Source: a virus. Taken from it: 64,000 nucleotides of DNA. The first letter of the stretch is position 1; each line of letters starts with the position of its first letter. A model generated the notes under the pieces. It saw only the letters and a program-made list of their open reading frames with translations. It made no database searches and was not told the DNA's origin. A program made the translations under genes and the position numbers. The DNA lies in IMG/VR virus record IMGVR_UViG_3300045988_106519, positions 32,001 to 96,000 of that record. One strand, written 5' to 3'. Positions 43,687-53,700 of this stretch are shown here, in pieces.

Positions 43687-46600
43687 ATGAGTGTAAAGAA
43701 GTATCTTTGCAATAAACATATTACTAATATGAGAAAAAGAAATAAATTATATAAAGTGAACAAATGGAATCAACCATTGTTTGCTACAGAAGTAGATAGA
43801 GAACATCAGAATATCTTTGATGGTCTTGATTTTAGCTACTTGAATAATATTAATGCAGGAAGTTTAGGAAGTCTAACTAAGACAATAGACCCATCAGAAA
43901 TAACAAGTTCACAAATGTCAAGCTGGTTACCTAAGCATGTAGATGTGCCTGTAGGTAAGGTAGGTGGAGTAGGTAAGGTAGGCAATATTGTAGGTGCATT
44001 AGGTAATGTAGTAGGTGGTGCAGCAAATAGAGTTATAAGTGGAGGGCTTAGTTCTGGTGTAGGTAATGCAATAAGTGGTATAGGAGGTACTGTAGGTGGT
44101 GCATTAAGTACTGTCAATCCTTTAGTAGGAGGTATAGTATCAGCAGCATCAGGTATTGTTAGTGGTGGTATTAATGCCCTCTTTGGCATGAAAACAGACC
44201 AAAAGAAACTTAATGCTGCTAATGAAGGTACAAGTTATCTGAACAACTTTATATCTAATGCTTCATCTTTTGATGATATACAAGGTCCAAATGCTGTTGC
44301 AGGAGTGCAGAATGCTTATAAAGGAGGGGTTTTTAATAAAGGTAAAGCCAGAAGGTTGAATGCACAGCTAAGAGCAGAAAGAGCAAATGCAGAGTCATGG
44401 GCAAATAGAAGTGTAGATAATAACATTGATAATATAGCAGGGACACAGATGGATAATATGCTTGCAAACTATGCAGCTTTTGGTGGACCTCTTGGAGGTA
44501 TGCCTATTCAAGATACAGGAGCTATAGATTATGGATTTATGTCAGATTATCTTGTAACAAAGAATAGAATGGCAGACATGAAAAACAAGGTTACAGGAAC
44601 TGTATTTGATAATATACCTTCAACACCTATAAATACCTTTGAGTCAGGTGGAGGTATTCATATTAAGAAGAGTCATAGAGGATTATTCACTAAAGAAGCT
44701 AAGACACATGGTATGGGAGTACAAGAGTTTGCATCACATGTGTTAGCTAATAAAGATAAGTATTCACCTGAAGTAGTGAAGAGGGCTAACTTTGCAAGGA
44801 ATGCTGCTAAGTTTGCTTTAGGTGGAGATATGCAGACTAATGGAGGAGACTTTACAGATGGTCTTACTATTATTGATGCAGGAGGTTCACATGAGGAGAA
44901 TCCTTATGATGGTGTGCAAGTAGGTGTAAGCAGAGAGAATGGTCAGCCAAACTTGGTAGAAGAGGGAGAGACTATATTTGATGATTATGTGTTTAGTAAG
45001 AGAATAAAGGCAGATGCAGAGACAAAGAAGAAATTCCATGTAGGAAAGAATACTAATATAAGTTATGCAGACTTGTCAAAGAAACTTGAGAAGGAAAGTC
45101 TTGAGAGGCCAAATGACCCAATATCACAGAATGGGTTGAAGAAACAACTTCATAATCTTGCAGATGAACAGGAGAGGCAGAAGGGAGAAGAAATGCAAGA
45201 TGCTTTTGACAAACTACCTCCAGAACAGCAGCAGGTAATAATGCAACAGATAGCTATGCAGGAACAGCAGGCTAAGGAAGCACAGCAAGCTCAGAGTGAA
45301 GAACAGCTAAATAACGCACAGCAGGAAGAGCAGCTTCAAGGACAACAAGATAATGGAGAACAGATGGTAGAAGAGCCTAATAGAGAAGAAGAAAATACAG
45401 AACAGATAAATGCTTGTGGTGGAAAGATGAACAGATTTGATAAGGGTGGAGACATGAAGAAAAAGATATATAATCTTTTGAAAACACCTACAGACAGAGA
45501 ATTTAATAAGTGGGCAGAAGACCATAAGATAGGTAAGATAGATGATTGGGAAAACATATTGAAAAACAAAGCCTTTGTAGAAGCTTTAGGAAAAGACGAT
45601 CCTATGTTGAAGGATGCTCTTTCAAGAGGATATGACTTTGGTTTCTATGTTCCAAATAAAAATGGAAAACTAACCTTTGACTTTGTACATGGAGGTTGGG
45701 GAAAGGAAGACTATAATGCTTGGAATGGTAGTACTGATGCAGCTTGGAAAGAAGCAGTAGAGAAGGGTCTTGTAAAGAAAGGTATGAAGTCGGAGGAAAT
45801 AGGCAAAGCCCTATCACAGACAGATGCTTATAAGAGAGGCTCAGATTGGCTAAAAGAGAATGAGGAAAACAGACTATTCTACTTGCAGCAGATACTTAAT
45901 AGTAAGGATGCACCAGAAGCAGCAAGACAATATGCAGCAAGATATGTTGATAATAATGGTTGGCTGAAAGATGCAAAGAGAGACTATCAGACCATCTTTG
46001 AAGACCCCAATGGAACTGGTGTTAGAAATACTCATCCTGGAACATATTGGAAAACCCCTAATGAAATGTTGAGAAACAAAGTAACAGGAAACTTTGTAGT
46101 GAATGATGATGGAACAGTAGATGAGATTGTAGGGGATATACCAAAAGAATGGAATAGTGCAGGAAATTATAATTGGAAAGATGCTAATAGTGATTATGTG
46201 TATAACTATTATAAAAGACCAGTAGATACTGTAGTTACTTCTGATAAGAAGAATGAGGTAGATGATGAGGAGTATGAGCCAGCACATAAACCAACATGGG
46301 GAAGGACAGCAGGACTATTAGGACCAGTGGTAGGTCTTGGAATGCAAGCCTTAGGTATAGGAAAGCCAGACTATTCAGGAATGGATGCTTCATTGGAGAT
46401 AGCAAATGGAAGTCCTGCAATGGCACATTATAAGCCAATAGGCAACTATCTGACCTACAGACCAATGGATATATGGTATGAACAGAATAGGATGGATGCT
46501 AATAGTAGAGCTACAGATAGAGCAATTCTAAATAATGCTTCACCAATGGGAACTAAAATGGCAGGACTTATAGCAAACGGTTATAATAGTCAGATAGCAG

Positions 46601-47025
46601 ACGGTGAGCTTTATAGGAAAGCTTTGGAATATAATGATGCACAGAGACAGAGAGTAGCAGAATTCAATAGAGGTACAGATATGTATAATGCTAATGCTGC
46701 AAATCAGACATCAGCTACTAATGCTCAGATAGCAAACAATAACAGACAACTTAGAGCACAGATACAGATGGATGCTGCAAGGCAGAGAATGGCTGCTGAT
46801 GCTGCCTGGAATCAAGGAATATATGGTAATGTGAATGGCTTATTTGCAGGTTTGGGAGCCTGGGGTAAGGAGAATGCACAACATAATATGATTGCAGATA
46901 TGGCTGCTGATGGATTGTTTGGAACAATGAGTGACAAGCAGAATATAGGTAAAGGCTATATTAGAAAGAAAAAGGCAGCATGTGGAGGCAAGATAAATAG
47001 GAAAAAGAAAGGTTTAACATTTTAA
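43687..47025 (+). CDS. 1112-aa virion protein with a glycine-zipper N-terminal region; internal/ejection protein candidate
   Basis: GKVGGVGKVGNIVGALGNVVGGAANRVISGGLSSGVGNAISGIGGTVGGAL... A Q/E-rich linker follows. CGGK(M/I)NR motif occurs twice. Confidence 0.5.
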   Translation: MSVKKYLCNKHITNMRKRNKLYKVNKWNQPLFATEVDREHQNIFDGLDFSYLNNINAGSLGSLTKTIDPSEITSSQMSSWLPKHVDVPVGKVGGVGKVGNIVGALGNVVGGAANRVISGGLSSGVGNAISGIGGTVGGALSTVNPLVGGIVSAASGIVSGGINALFGMKTDQKKLNAANEGTSYLNNFISNASSFDDIQGPNAVAGVQNAYKGGVFNKGKARRLNAQLRAERANAESWANRSVDNNIDNIAGTQMDNMLANYAAFGGPLGGMPIQDTGAIDYGFMSDYLVTKNRMADMKNKVTGTVFDNIPSTPINTFESGGGIHIKKSHRGLFTKEAKTHGMGVQEFASHVLANKDKYSPEVVKRANFARNAAKFALGGDMQTNGGDFTDGLTIIDAGGSHEENPYDGVQVGVSRENGQPNLVEEGETIFDDYVFSKRIKADAETKKKFHVGKNTNISYADLSKKLEKESLERPNDPISQNGLKKQLHNLADEQERQKGEEMQDAFDKLPPEQQQVIMQQIAMQEQQAKEAQQAQSEEQLNNAQQEEQLQGQQDNGEQMVEEPNREEENTEQINACGGKMNRFDKGGDMKKKIYNLLKTPTDREFNKWAEDHKIGKIDDWENILKNKAFVEALGKDDPMLKDALSRGYDFGFYVPNKNGKLTFDFVHGGWGKEDYNAWNGSTDAAWKEAVEKGLVKKGMKSEEIGKALSQTDAYKRGSDWLKENEENRLFYLQQILNSKDAPEAARQYAARYVDNNGWLKDAKRDYQTIFEDPNGTGVRNTHPGTYWKTPNEMLRNKVTGNFVVNDDGTVDEIVGDIPKEWNSAGNYNWKDANSDYVYNYYKRPVDTVVTSDKKNEVDDEEYEPAHKPTWGRTAGLLGPVVGLGMQALGIGKPDYSGMDASLEIANGSPAMAHYKPIGNYLTYRPMDIWYEQNRMDANSRATDRAILNNASPMGTKMAGLIANGYNSQIADGELYRKALEYNDAQRQRVAEFNRGTDMYNANAANQTSATNAQIANNNRQLRAQIQMDAARQRMAADAAWNQGIYGNVNGLFAGLGAWGKENAQHNMIADMAADGLFGTMSDKQNIGKGYIRKKKAACGGKINRKKKGLTF

Positions 47026-47037
47026 AGAGTAGAAGAT

Positions 47038-48429
47038 ATGCCAGACTATTCATTTGTAGTTTCACCAACATTTAATCCATTCAGTATGCAGGAAATGCTT
47101 GTACCATTTTCTGCATACAAGGATGCTTTTGAGAAGAGTGAAGAACAGTATGACACCTTAACACAAGGTGCAGATAAATTCAAGTATCTTAGTGAGACAT
47201 TGCCAGAAGGAAGTAAGGCAAGGCAAATATATGAAGGTTATGCTAATGACCTTAGAACACAGGCAGAAGACCTTGCACATAATGGTCTTACTATGGGAAA
47301 TAGGAGAGCCTTGACATCCTTGAAAAGAAGATACCAGGGAGAAATGGGTAGAATACTTCAAGCAGATGAAGCTATGAGAGAAGAGAAGAAGCTAAGGCAA
47401 AGTCTTGGAACACAAGATACTTCATTGCTTTATGCTAATGATAATCTTAATATAGATGACTTCTTAGATGGTAATACTCCTAACCTATATAGGATTAGTG
47501 GTAATGAACTGTATACAAGAGGGGCAGCTGCTGGTAAGGCAGCATCATCGAGGATATTCTCAGCAGGAGATGCAGGAAGTACACTGAATGGTTATTATAG
47601 AGATTATGTGCAGAAAATGGGATATAGTCCTGAGACCATAAGAAAGTTCTATGAAGACATGTCTACAATACCAGAGTTGCAAAGAGCTGCTGATGCTATA
47701 CTTGAGGAGAGAGGAGTGAATGAAAACCTCAGTGGATATAACCTCAGAAGAGCAAGGCAATCAGTTATTAATGGTATGATAGATGGAGCAGTATATCAGG
47801 AGAATCATAGTCCTCAGAGAGATTTGGGAGTGATGACACTTGCAGAGAAAACAGCTGATGCAAGGCAGAGAGAACAGATGGAACTCTCAGCAGCTTCAAA
47901 TGGATTTGAAAGAGTGAATGGTAAATGGCAGTATAATCCTGATGTAGATCCATCATTAAAGAAAGCCATTGCAGTGGCAAATATAAAAGCAGAGGCTTCT
48001 GGTAAAAATGGAAATAATAGAACATCAGCTTATAATACAAGAAATAAGCAAGTGACAATGGTAGGAGCAAAGACTGGAACAAAGTATAAAGACAGTAATG
48101 ATGAAAATAGTGCTGGTACTCCTATTGATGATTTGAGTACAGCAAGAGCCTTATCTGAGCAGGAGTTTAATACTCTTGTAGATGCTAATGGTAATATTAG
48201 AAATCCATATCTTAGAAATGCAATAGGTAATGGAAATCTTTCTGACTATGAAATATATGTAATTCCTGCTGGAGCAGATGCAGAGAAACATTGGTGGAGA
48301 CCAAATGAAACAACAGAAGAAGATGTGTATATAGCAATACCACGAGATTCTAAGAGAGCTGTAACAGATAATAGTGGTTCTAGTAGTACTGGAAGTTCTA
48401 GTGGAGGAGAGAATGATATACCATCTTAA
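47038..48429 (+). CDS. virion-module hypothetical protein
   Basis: ORF track. Confidence 0.6.
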   Translation: MPDYSFVVSPTFNPFSMQEMLVPFSAYKDAFEKSEEQYDTLTQGADKFKYLSETLPEGSKARQIYEGYANDLRTQAEDLAHNGLTMGNRRALTSLKRRYQGEMGRILQADEAMREEKKLRQSLGTQDTSLLYANDNLNIDDFLDGNTPNLYRISGNELYTRGAAAGKAASSRIFSAGDAGSTLNGYYRDYVQKMGYSPETIRKFYEDMSTIPELQRAADAILEERGVNENLSGYNLRRARQSVINGMIDGAVYQENHSPQRDLGVMTLAEKTADARQREQMELSAASNGFERVNGKWQYNPDVDPSLKKAIAVANIKAEASGKNGNNRTSAYNTRNKQVTMVGAKTGTKYKDSNDENSAGTPIDDLSTARALSEQEFNTLVDANGNIRNPYLRNAIGNGNLSDYEIYVIPAGADAEKHWWRPNETTEEDVYIAIPRDSKRAVTDNSGSSSTGSSSGGENDIPS

Positions 48430-48437
48430 TATATTTA

Positions 48438-48464
48438 GGGGCAGATTATTTTCTGCCCCTTTTT
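48438..48464 (+). terminator. rho-independent terminator
   Basis: GGGGCAGA-ttattt-TCTGCCCC followed by TTTTT. Confidence 0.75.
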
Positions 48465-48471
48465 ATAAAGA

Positions 48472-49011
48472 TTAAAGACCTAAGTCAACAGTTTTCCATT
48501 CATTAATGTCTTTATCATAAAGATAAAGTTTATTATTAGACATCTTACCTATTTTTAAATTATTTTTTCTTGCTGATATTTCAGAAGGAGTAAGTTCTCC
48601 AAGTTGAGACAGAAACTTTACAGAAGTTTCTTTACCAGAATTATCTATGAATATACATAGTTTAAAAGGCTCTCCAGTTGAATTATTAGTGTAACTTCTT
48701 ACTTGCATTTTTGGACCATACTTTCTTGCAAAATCAAGAAGTGACCATGACTGAATAAACAAAGAAGGTTGTTCAGTTGTTCCTACATCATCAATACTAG
48801 TACCTTTATGATAGTATCTCCAAATGAGATAAACTACACATCCTAATATTAATGGGATTGTTACTAACCACCCAATAAACGGTTCCCAAAAATGATGGCC
48901 TCTTTCACCTGCGATAGCAATTAATACAATACTTGCATAAATGCTATATCCAATAATGTAAGGTAAATACTTTTTCATAATCAATCTTTTATTATCAAAT
49001 TTTTTATACAT
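48472..49011 (-). CDS. membrane protein (3 TM segments) fused to a C-terminal WSL-MQV-FK.C domain (family copy 3)
   Basis: N-terminal hydrophobic segments. C-terminus QSWSLLDFARKYGPKMQVRSYTNNSTGEPFKLCIF...WKTVDLGL. Confidence 0.65.
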   Translation of the reverse strand: MYKKFDNKRLIMKKYLPYIIGYSIYASIVLIAIAGERGHHFWEPFIGWLVTIPLILGCVVYLIWRYYHKGTSIDDVGTTEQPSLFIQSWSLLDFARKYGPKMQVRSYTNNSTGEPFKLCIFIDNSGKETSVKFLSQLGELTPSEISARKNNLKIGKMSNNKLYLYDKDINEWKTVDLGL

Positions 49012-49783
49012 CTACATCTTTCCAAGCTTTTCTTCTTCCCTTTATCAGACTATAATGTCCTGCCTTTGACTTGATAACAGCCAAGTCCTCCTTCATATCT
49101 GCTATCTCTCTTTCAGTAAGTACACCTAATTTTGAAGAGAATGCTACAAATGTCTTGGTTCCATTTTCTTGTGTGAATACACAACTCTTGAATTTCTCAC
49201 CTGTGTCATGATTAGTAAATTCTCCTACTTGCATCCTCGGGCCAAACTCTTTTATAAAGGTAATCAAGCTCCATGTGTTAGAAGAATGTCTATCATTTTT
49301 CTTGGAGTCGGAGGAAACATGGGAATTTTTATAGGATGATATTGACTTAAACTCCTCTTCTGTCATTTCCTTATAAACATTATATTTCTTGAATATCTTT
49401 ATAACCTCTGACTTTAGCTCTTCTTGAGTAAGAAGGTTCAGCTTTGAATTAACCTCAATATCCCATCTTAAAGCAGCACCTATTGAAGCCAATATCTGTG
49501 TATCATTTGACCTAAGCATGAATCTCCACATTCCACATATAACAGAAAGGAAGTCAATATAATTAGGAGCTATACCTTTATTTGCTGATTTCTTTAGGAG
49601 CCTTTCTATTTTTGAAGAAGACACAACAATTCTCATTACATCCCTTGCATTGTTTCTACTATGGTCTTGGTAATAGAATCTATCAAGAAAATGATTTCTT
49701 ATTTCATAAAGATCTAATGAACAGTTCTTGTATAAGTCATATAATGAGTACTGCATGATACATAGTTTTTTCATATAACGCAT
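49004..49783 (-). CDS. helical N-terminal domain fused to a C-terminal WSL-MQVGEF-FKSC-FVAFSSKLG domain (family copy 4)
   Basis: C-terminus NTWSLITFIKEFGPRMQVGEFTNHDTGEKFKSCVF...FVAFSSKLGVLTEREIA...WKDVDV. Confidence 0.65.
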   Translation of the reverse strand: MRYMKKLCIMQYSLYDLYKNCSLDLYEIRNHFLDRFYYQDHSRNNARDVMRIVVSSSKIERLLKKSANKGIAPNYIDFLSVICGMWRFMLRSNDTQILASIGAALRWDIEVNSKLNLLTQEELKSEVIKIFKKYNVYKEMTEEEFKSISSYKNSHVSSDSKKNDRHSSNTWSLITFIKEFGPRMQVGEFTNHDTGEKFKSCVFTQENGTKTFVAFSSKLGVLTEREIADMKEDLAVIKSKAGHYSLIKGRRKAWKDVDV

Positions 49784-49873
49784 GATTACTTGATTTATTA
49801 TATTGCAGTTAGTAAAAAAGGTACACTTTTTAAGTATTTTATTTAAGCTATTCTTACACTAATCCTTAATGCC

Positions 49874-49881
49874 TACCTTTG
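49874..49881 (+). promoter_or_regulatory. -7 promoter box TACCTTTG
   Basis: Matches TAnnTTTG, 34 nt upstream of the ATG at 49915, in a divergent intergenic region. Confidence 0.45.
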
Positions 49882-49914
49882 TACATATAGATTAATTGAA
49901 TAATAGATAATATA

Positions 49915-50760
49915 ATGTTAGACAAAATTTCTACACTAATACAGTCCTTTGCTGATTTTCTTGGAGGATTTAGCAAATTGAATGATGTCAAAGATCATTC
50001 AGTGACTGTGTTCTTTAAAATCATTCTTTGCACCCTTGGTGCTCTTTTCTTTGGTAAGTTGTTTCTACGTGATGACCTTTATGACTGGGTTGTCACTATA
50101 GCCTTGAAACCTAATCCTATTACTATTGCTATTGTTGTTGGGCTTGGAATGCTTGTCTATTCTGTGTATGCACAGAGAAGAATAATGACAGCAGTAACAA
50201 GTGCTATTCAGCAACAGAAGAAACAAGACAAGCTTAAGAATAAAGAGTGCTATGCACAGACTTCAAGGATAGAAGAAGAAGCTAATGCTCTTACCAATCA
50301 TCTTAGAAAGTCACTCAATTGTGATATAGTGACTATAGAGCTTATGCATAATACAGAGAAATATATTGGAGGTTATCATAAGAGGTTCTATGATGAAAGT
50401 TTTCCATCAATTAATACTGCTGAGGGAATCACCTTTAACTATAAAGACTTCCAATGTATCCCTACCAATATATTCCCTATTATAGGACATATACTGAAGA
50501 CTAAGTTTAAGTGGTTTACTTCTATGGATGAAGTAGCAAAGATTGATTCTGGCTATGCACATATTCTCAAGGAAACTAATTGTACTGCCCTTGGTATGAG
50601 AGCTATGAAGACTTCAAAGAATGAAGATCTTGGAATACTAACAGTAACATGGAGGAAAGGACATGAAGACAGGATTCCTGATATAGACATAATACAGGAT
50701 ATGATGACTGAGGTTGCTTCTAAACTTGAGGTTCTGTTGGATATGTCAGCTTATGAGTAA
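49915..50760 (+). CDS. membrane-associated virion-module protein
   Basis: Hydrophobic N-terminal segments (FFKIILCTLGALFFGKLFL and ITIAIVVGLGMLVYSVY). Confidence 0.6.
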   Translation: MLDKISTLIQSFADFLGGFSKLNDVKDHSVTVFFKIILCTLGALFFGKLFLRDDLYDWVVTIALKPNPITIAIVVGLGMLVYSVYAQRRIMTAVTSAIQQQKKQDKLKNKECYAQTSRIEEEANALTNHLRKSLNCDIVTIELMHNTEKYIGGYHKRFYDESFPSINTAEGITFNYKDFQCIPTNIFPIIGHILKTKFKWFTSMDEVAKIDSGYAHILKETNCTALGMRAMKTSKNEDLGILTVTWRKGHEDRIPDIDIIQDMMTEVASKLEVLLDMSAYE

Positions 50761-50796
50761 ATTTTAATAAAATATTTATTATAAAGTATTTATATT

Positions 50797-53700
50797 ATGA
50801 GTAATAATAGTTCATGTATTTTATATCCTGATGCTCCTAATGGAGAAGAGTCAAGATTGTATAAAAAGTTATTAAAGAAACTTCCAGACCGTCCACTTAC
50901 TAATTGGTTCTATGCTTACTATAATATGCCTACATCAGATATAGCAAACAAAATGGACCAAGCAGGCTATCAGAGAAATAGTCAAGGGCAACATAATGCA
51001 GAGGATTTATTGAAGTTTCTCGACTATGGAACTATGGAAGCTGAGATAGCAAACCTCTCTTCTGCTGAAATACAGCTTGGAGCTGTAGATACAAATGGTA
51101 AAAGAGTAGACTTTACCAATGCTGAAGATGCTTTAAGAAAAGCAGATGACTTTAACAACACTCATAAAGGACTTGTTGCTACTGTTGTTCAATATGGTGA
51201 TGTTTATAATATTATTGTTGCAGAAAAGAACTCAAGAACTCATACTTATGCAGATACAATTAAGGATAATCTTAAAGCATGGGATATTTATAAACAAGTG
51301 TTTAATGCTGTAGGTGTTGACATTACTTCTGTGCCTCAAGAAATACAAAGTGTGTTCAATCCTCTTAATGATGGGTTAGCTAAGTATCTAAAAAGTGTAA
51401 GTAAACTAAACATTACTAATATTTATAAAAGAGATGCCTTGCTTCTTTTTTCACTGAATCCAAACTCTCGTCATATACAGAATTTGATTAATGCTTTTGG
51501 TTCTATTGAAGATGCTGCACAAGCTCTTGATGACTTTAATCATGGTTCTATTAATCTATCTAATCCCCAACAAACACTATTATTAAGAGCTGTAAACGAT
51601 GCTCAAAAATTTCAAGGAATAGATTTGGATGCACTTATTACTCAGATAAAAGGAATATGGGTTAATACTGCTGCATATAGTGTAGAACAAGATATTAAGC
51701 AAGAAATTCGTAGCCTTGATAAGAAGTATAATATAGAGGTCAATGAAATTCATAGAGCCACTAAGAAAATCAAAACCCTTTCTGACGCTGCTGCTGATGC
51801 TGTTGTCACTCTTCAAAGACAGATTAGACAATTAGAGAAAGAGAAAGGTAACAATTCTGAAGGTAGAAGACTTGAAATAATACTTAATAGGTTGATGAAA
51901 GAGCTTGCTTGTAAGAAGTATTGTTCAGGTGTACTTAACTTCCTGGGAGAAGCTTCTGTACAGATTTCAAATATTGACAATATGCTTCAGAATATTCCTC
52001 AAACAGGTACTGAACTTGAAAAGGCTTTTGGTACAGCTAAGATTCTACAAGACATAAAATCTCTTAAAGACCAATACTATACTTTGGTTTCTGCACTTGC
52101 GGATGAAAATTTGATTATTGATGAGTCTATCAGTCAGAATGACATTAATAATATTAGAATGTCTGCCAAGGATTTGAAGGATTTTTTTGATAAAAAGGAT
52201 AAAGCAATAGATGATCTTACTGAAGGTACTATGATTAATCTTATGTTACAGATAGTGGGTAATACAGCCCCAGATGGCCAATCTATCATTAATGCAGTTA
52301 GAATGGCAGCTGCTGATTCTTCTTATATGAATTATCTGTATAGTATGGGCAGAGCCTCAAACCCAGTAGTTGCAGCTGCTGGTTCTATCATTCATAATGC
52401 CCAAGACTCTCGTGATAAGAAGATAAATGACATCTCTCTTAGAATACGCAGGGCTACAGACAAACTTTATAAAGCAGGTTTCAATTCAGAGTTTATGTAT
52501 GAAGATGAAGAACATATTGCAAGTGATATTGATTGGGAACTCTATAAGGCTACAAGACAAGCTAAAATAAAATCTTTCTATGCTCAGAATCTTCGTGGAT
52601 TTGATTTAAAACAGGCTATTGAAGATTGGGAAGACCAAAATACTGAAGAGCGTGTAGTTGATAAAACCAATGGAAGAACAGAAAGAGTTCCAAATAGTAA
52701 TTACCGTAAGCAAGATAATTTCCAAAAAGATTGGTCTCCTGAGCAAATAGAGTATTATGATACTATGATGCAGCTTAAGGGAGAGATAGGTTCTCTGCTT
52801 CCTACTTATGCTCAGCATCAATATCTTCCTCCTCAGGTTAGACGAAAATTTCTTGATGCTATGAATAATGCTAAAAGTATTAAAGATGTGGGCAAGGCAA
52901 TTAAAGATAAGATACAAAACCTTTATAAAGTGAGAGAAGATGATGAGAACTATAATACAAATGGTATTATTGATGGTGATGAGTATTCTATTACACATGG
53001 AGCATTTGACAATACACCTCTTAGACAGATACCTATATTCTTTATTAATAAGGTAGAGCAAGGTGAACTTTTGAGAAACTTCTCTTCAGGTATACAAGCA
53101 CTTGCTGGTACAGCAGTAAACTATGACACTATGAGTCAGGTTGCAGATGTAGTGGAGTTTATTGGTAATTTCATAAAAACACAGGAAGGTAAGGATAATA
53201 AATCACAAGCTGATATAGTACAGAATGGTGAGATACGAGTATTTAAAGACCTTTGGAAAAGAGCTGTAAATACCAATACTCAATCCATTATTGAAGGCTT
53301 TATCTCTCAGCATATCTATGGACAGTCAAGAGACCCTAATGAGAATAAAACATGGTCAAAGATATTTGGTAATATAGTTGCTTATTCTTCATTTAAAGGT
53401 CTTGCAACAAATGTTAAGGGTGCTGTTGCCAACTATCTGATGGGTGAGTTTCAAATGCTTATTGAAGCAGGTGCTGGTGAGTTCTATGGCTTTAAAGATT
53501 ATGCCTGGGCACATACTAAACTGTTTGGTAATACAGGTGTTAAAGGAGAGTTTGCAGAACTTCTTACTAATAATATCAATCATAAGAGTGTTCTTATGAG
53601 AGAGCTATTTGATCCTCTGCAAGAGAATTTCTCTCAGAAGAGCCATACAAAGTACTATACAAGCATGTTTAGACAACTTGTTTCTCATGACTGTTCATTT

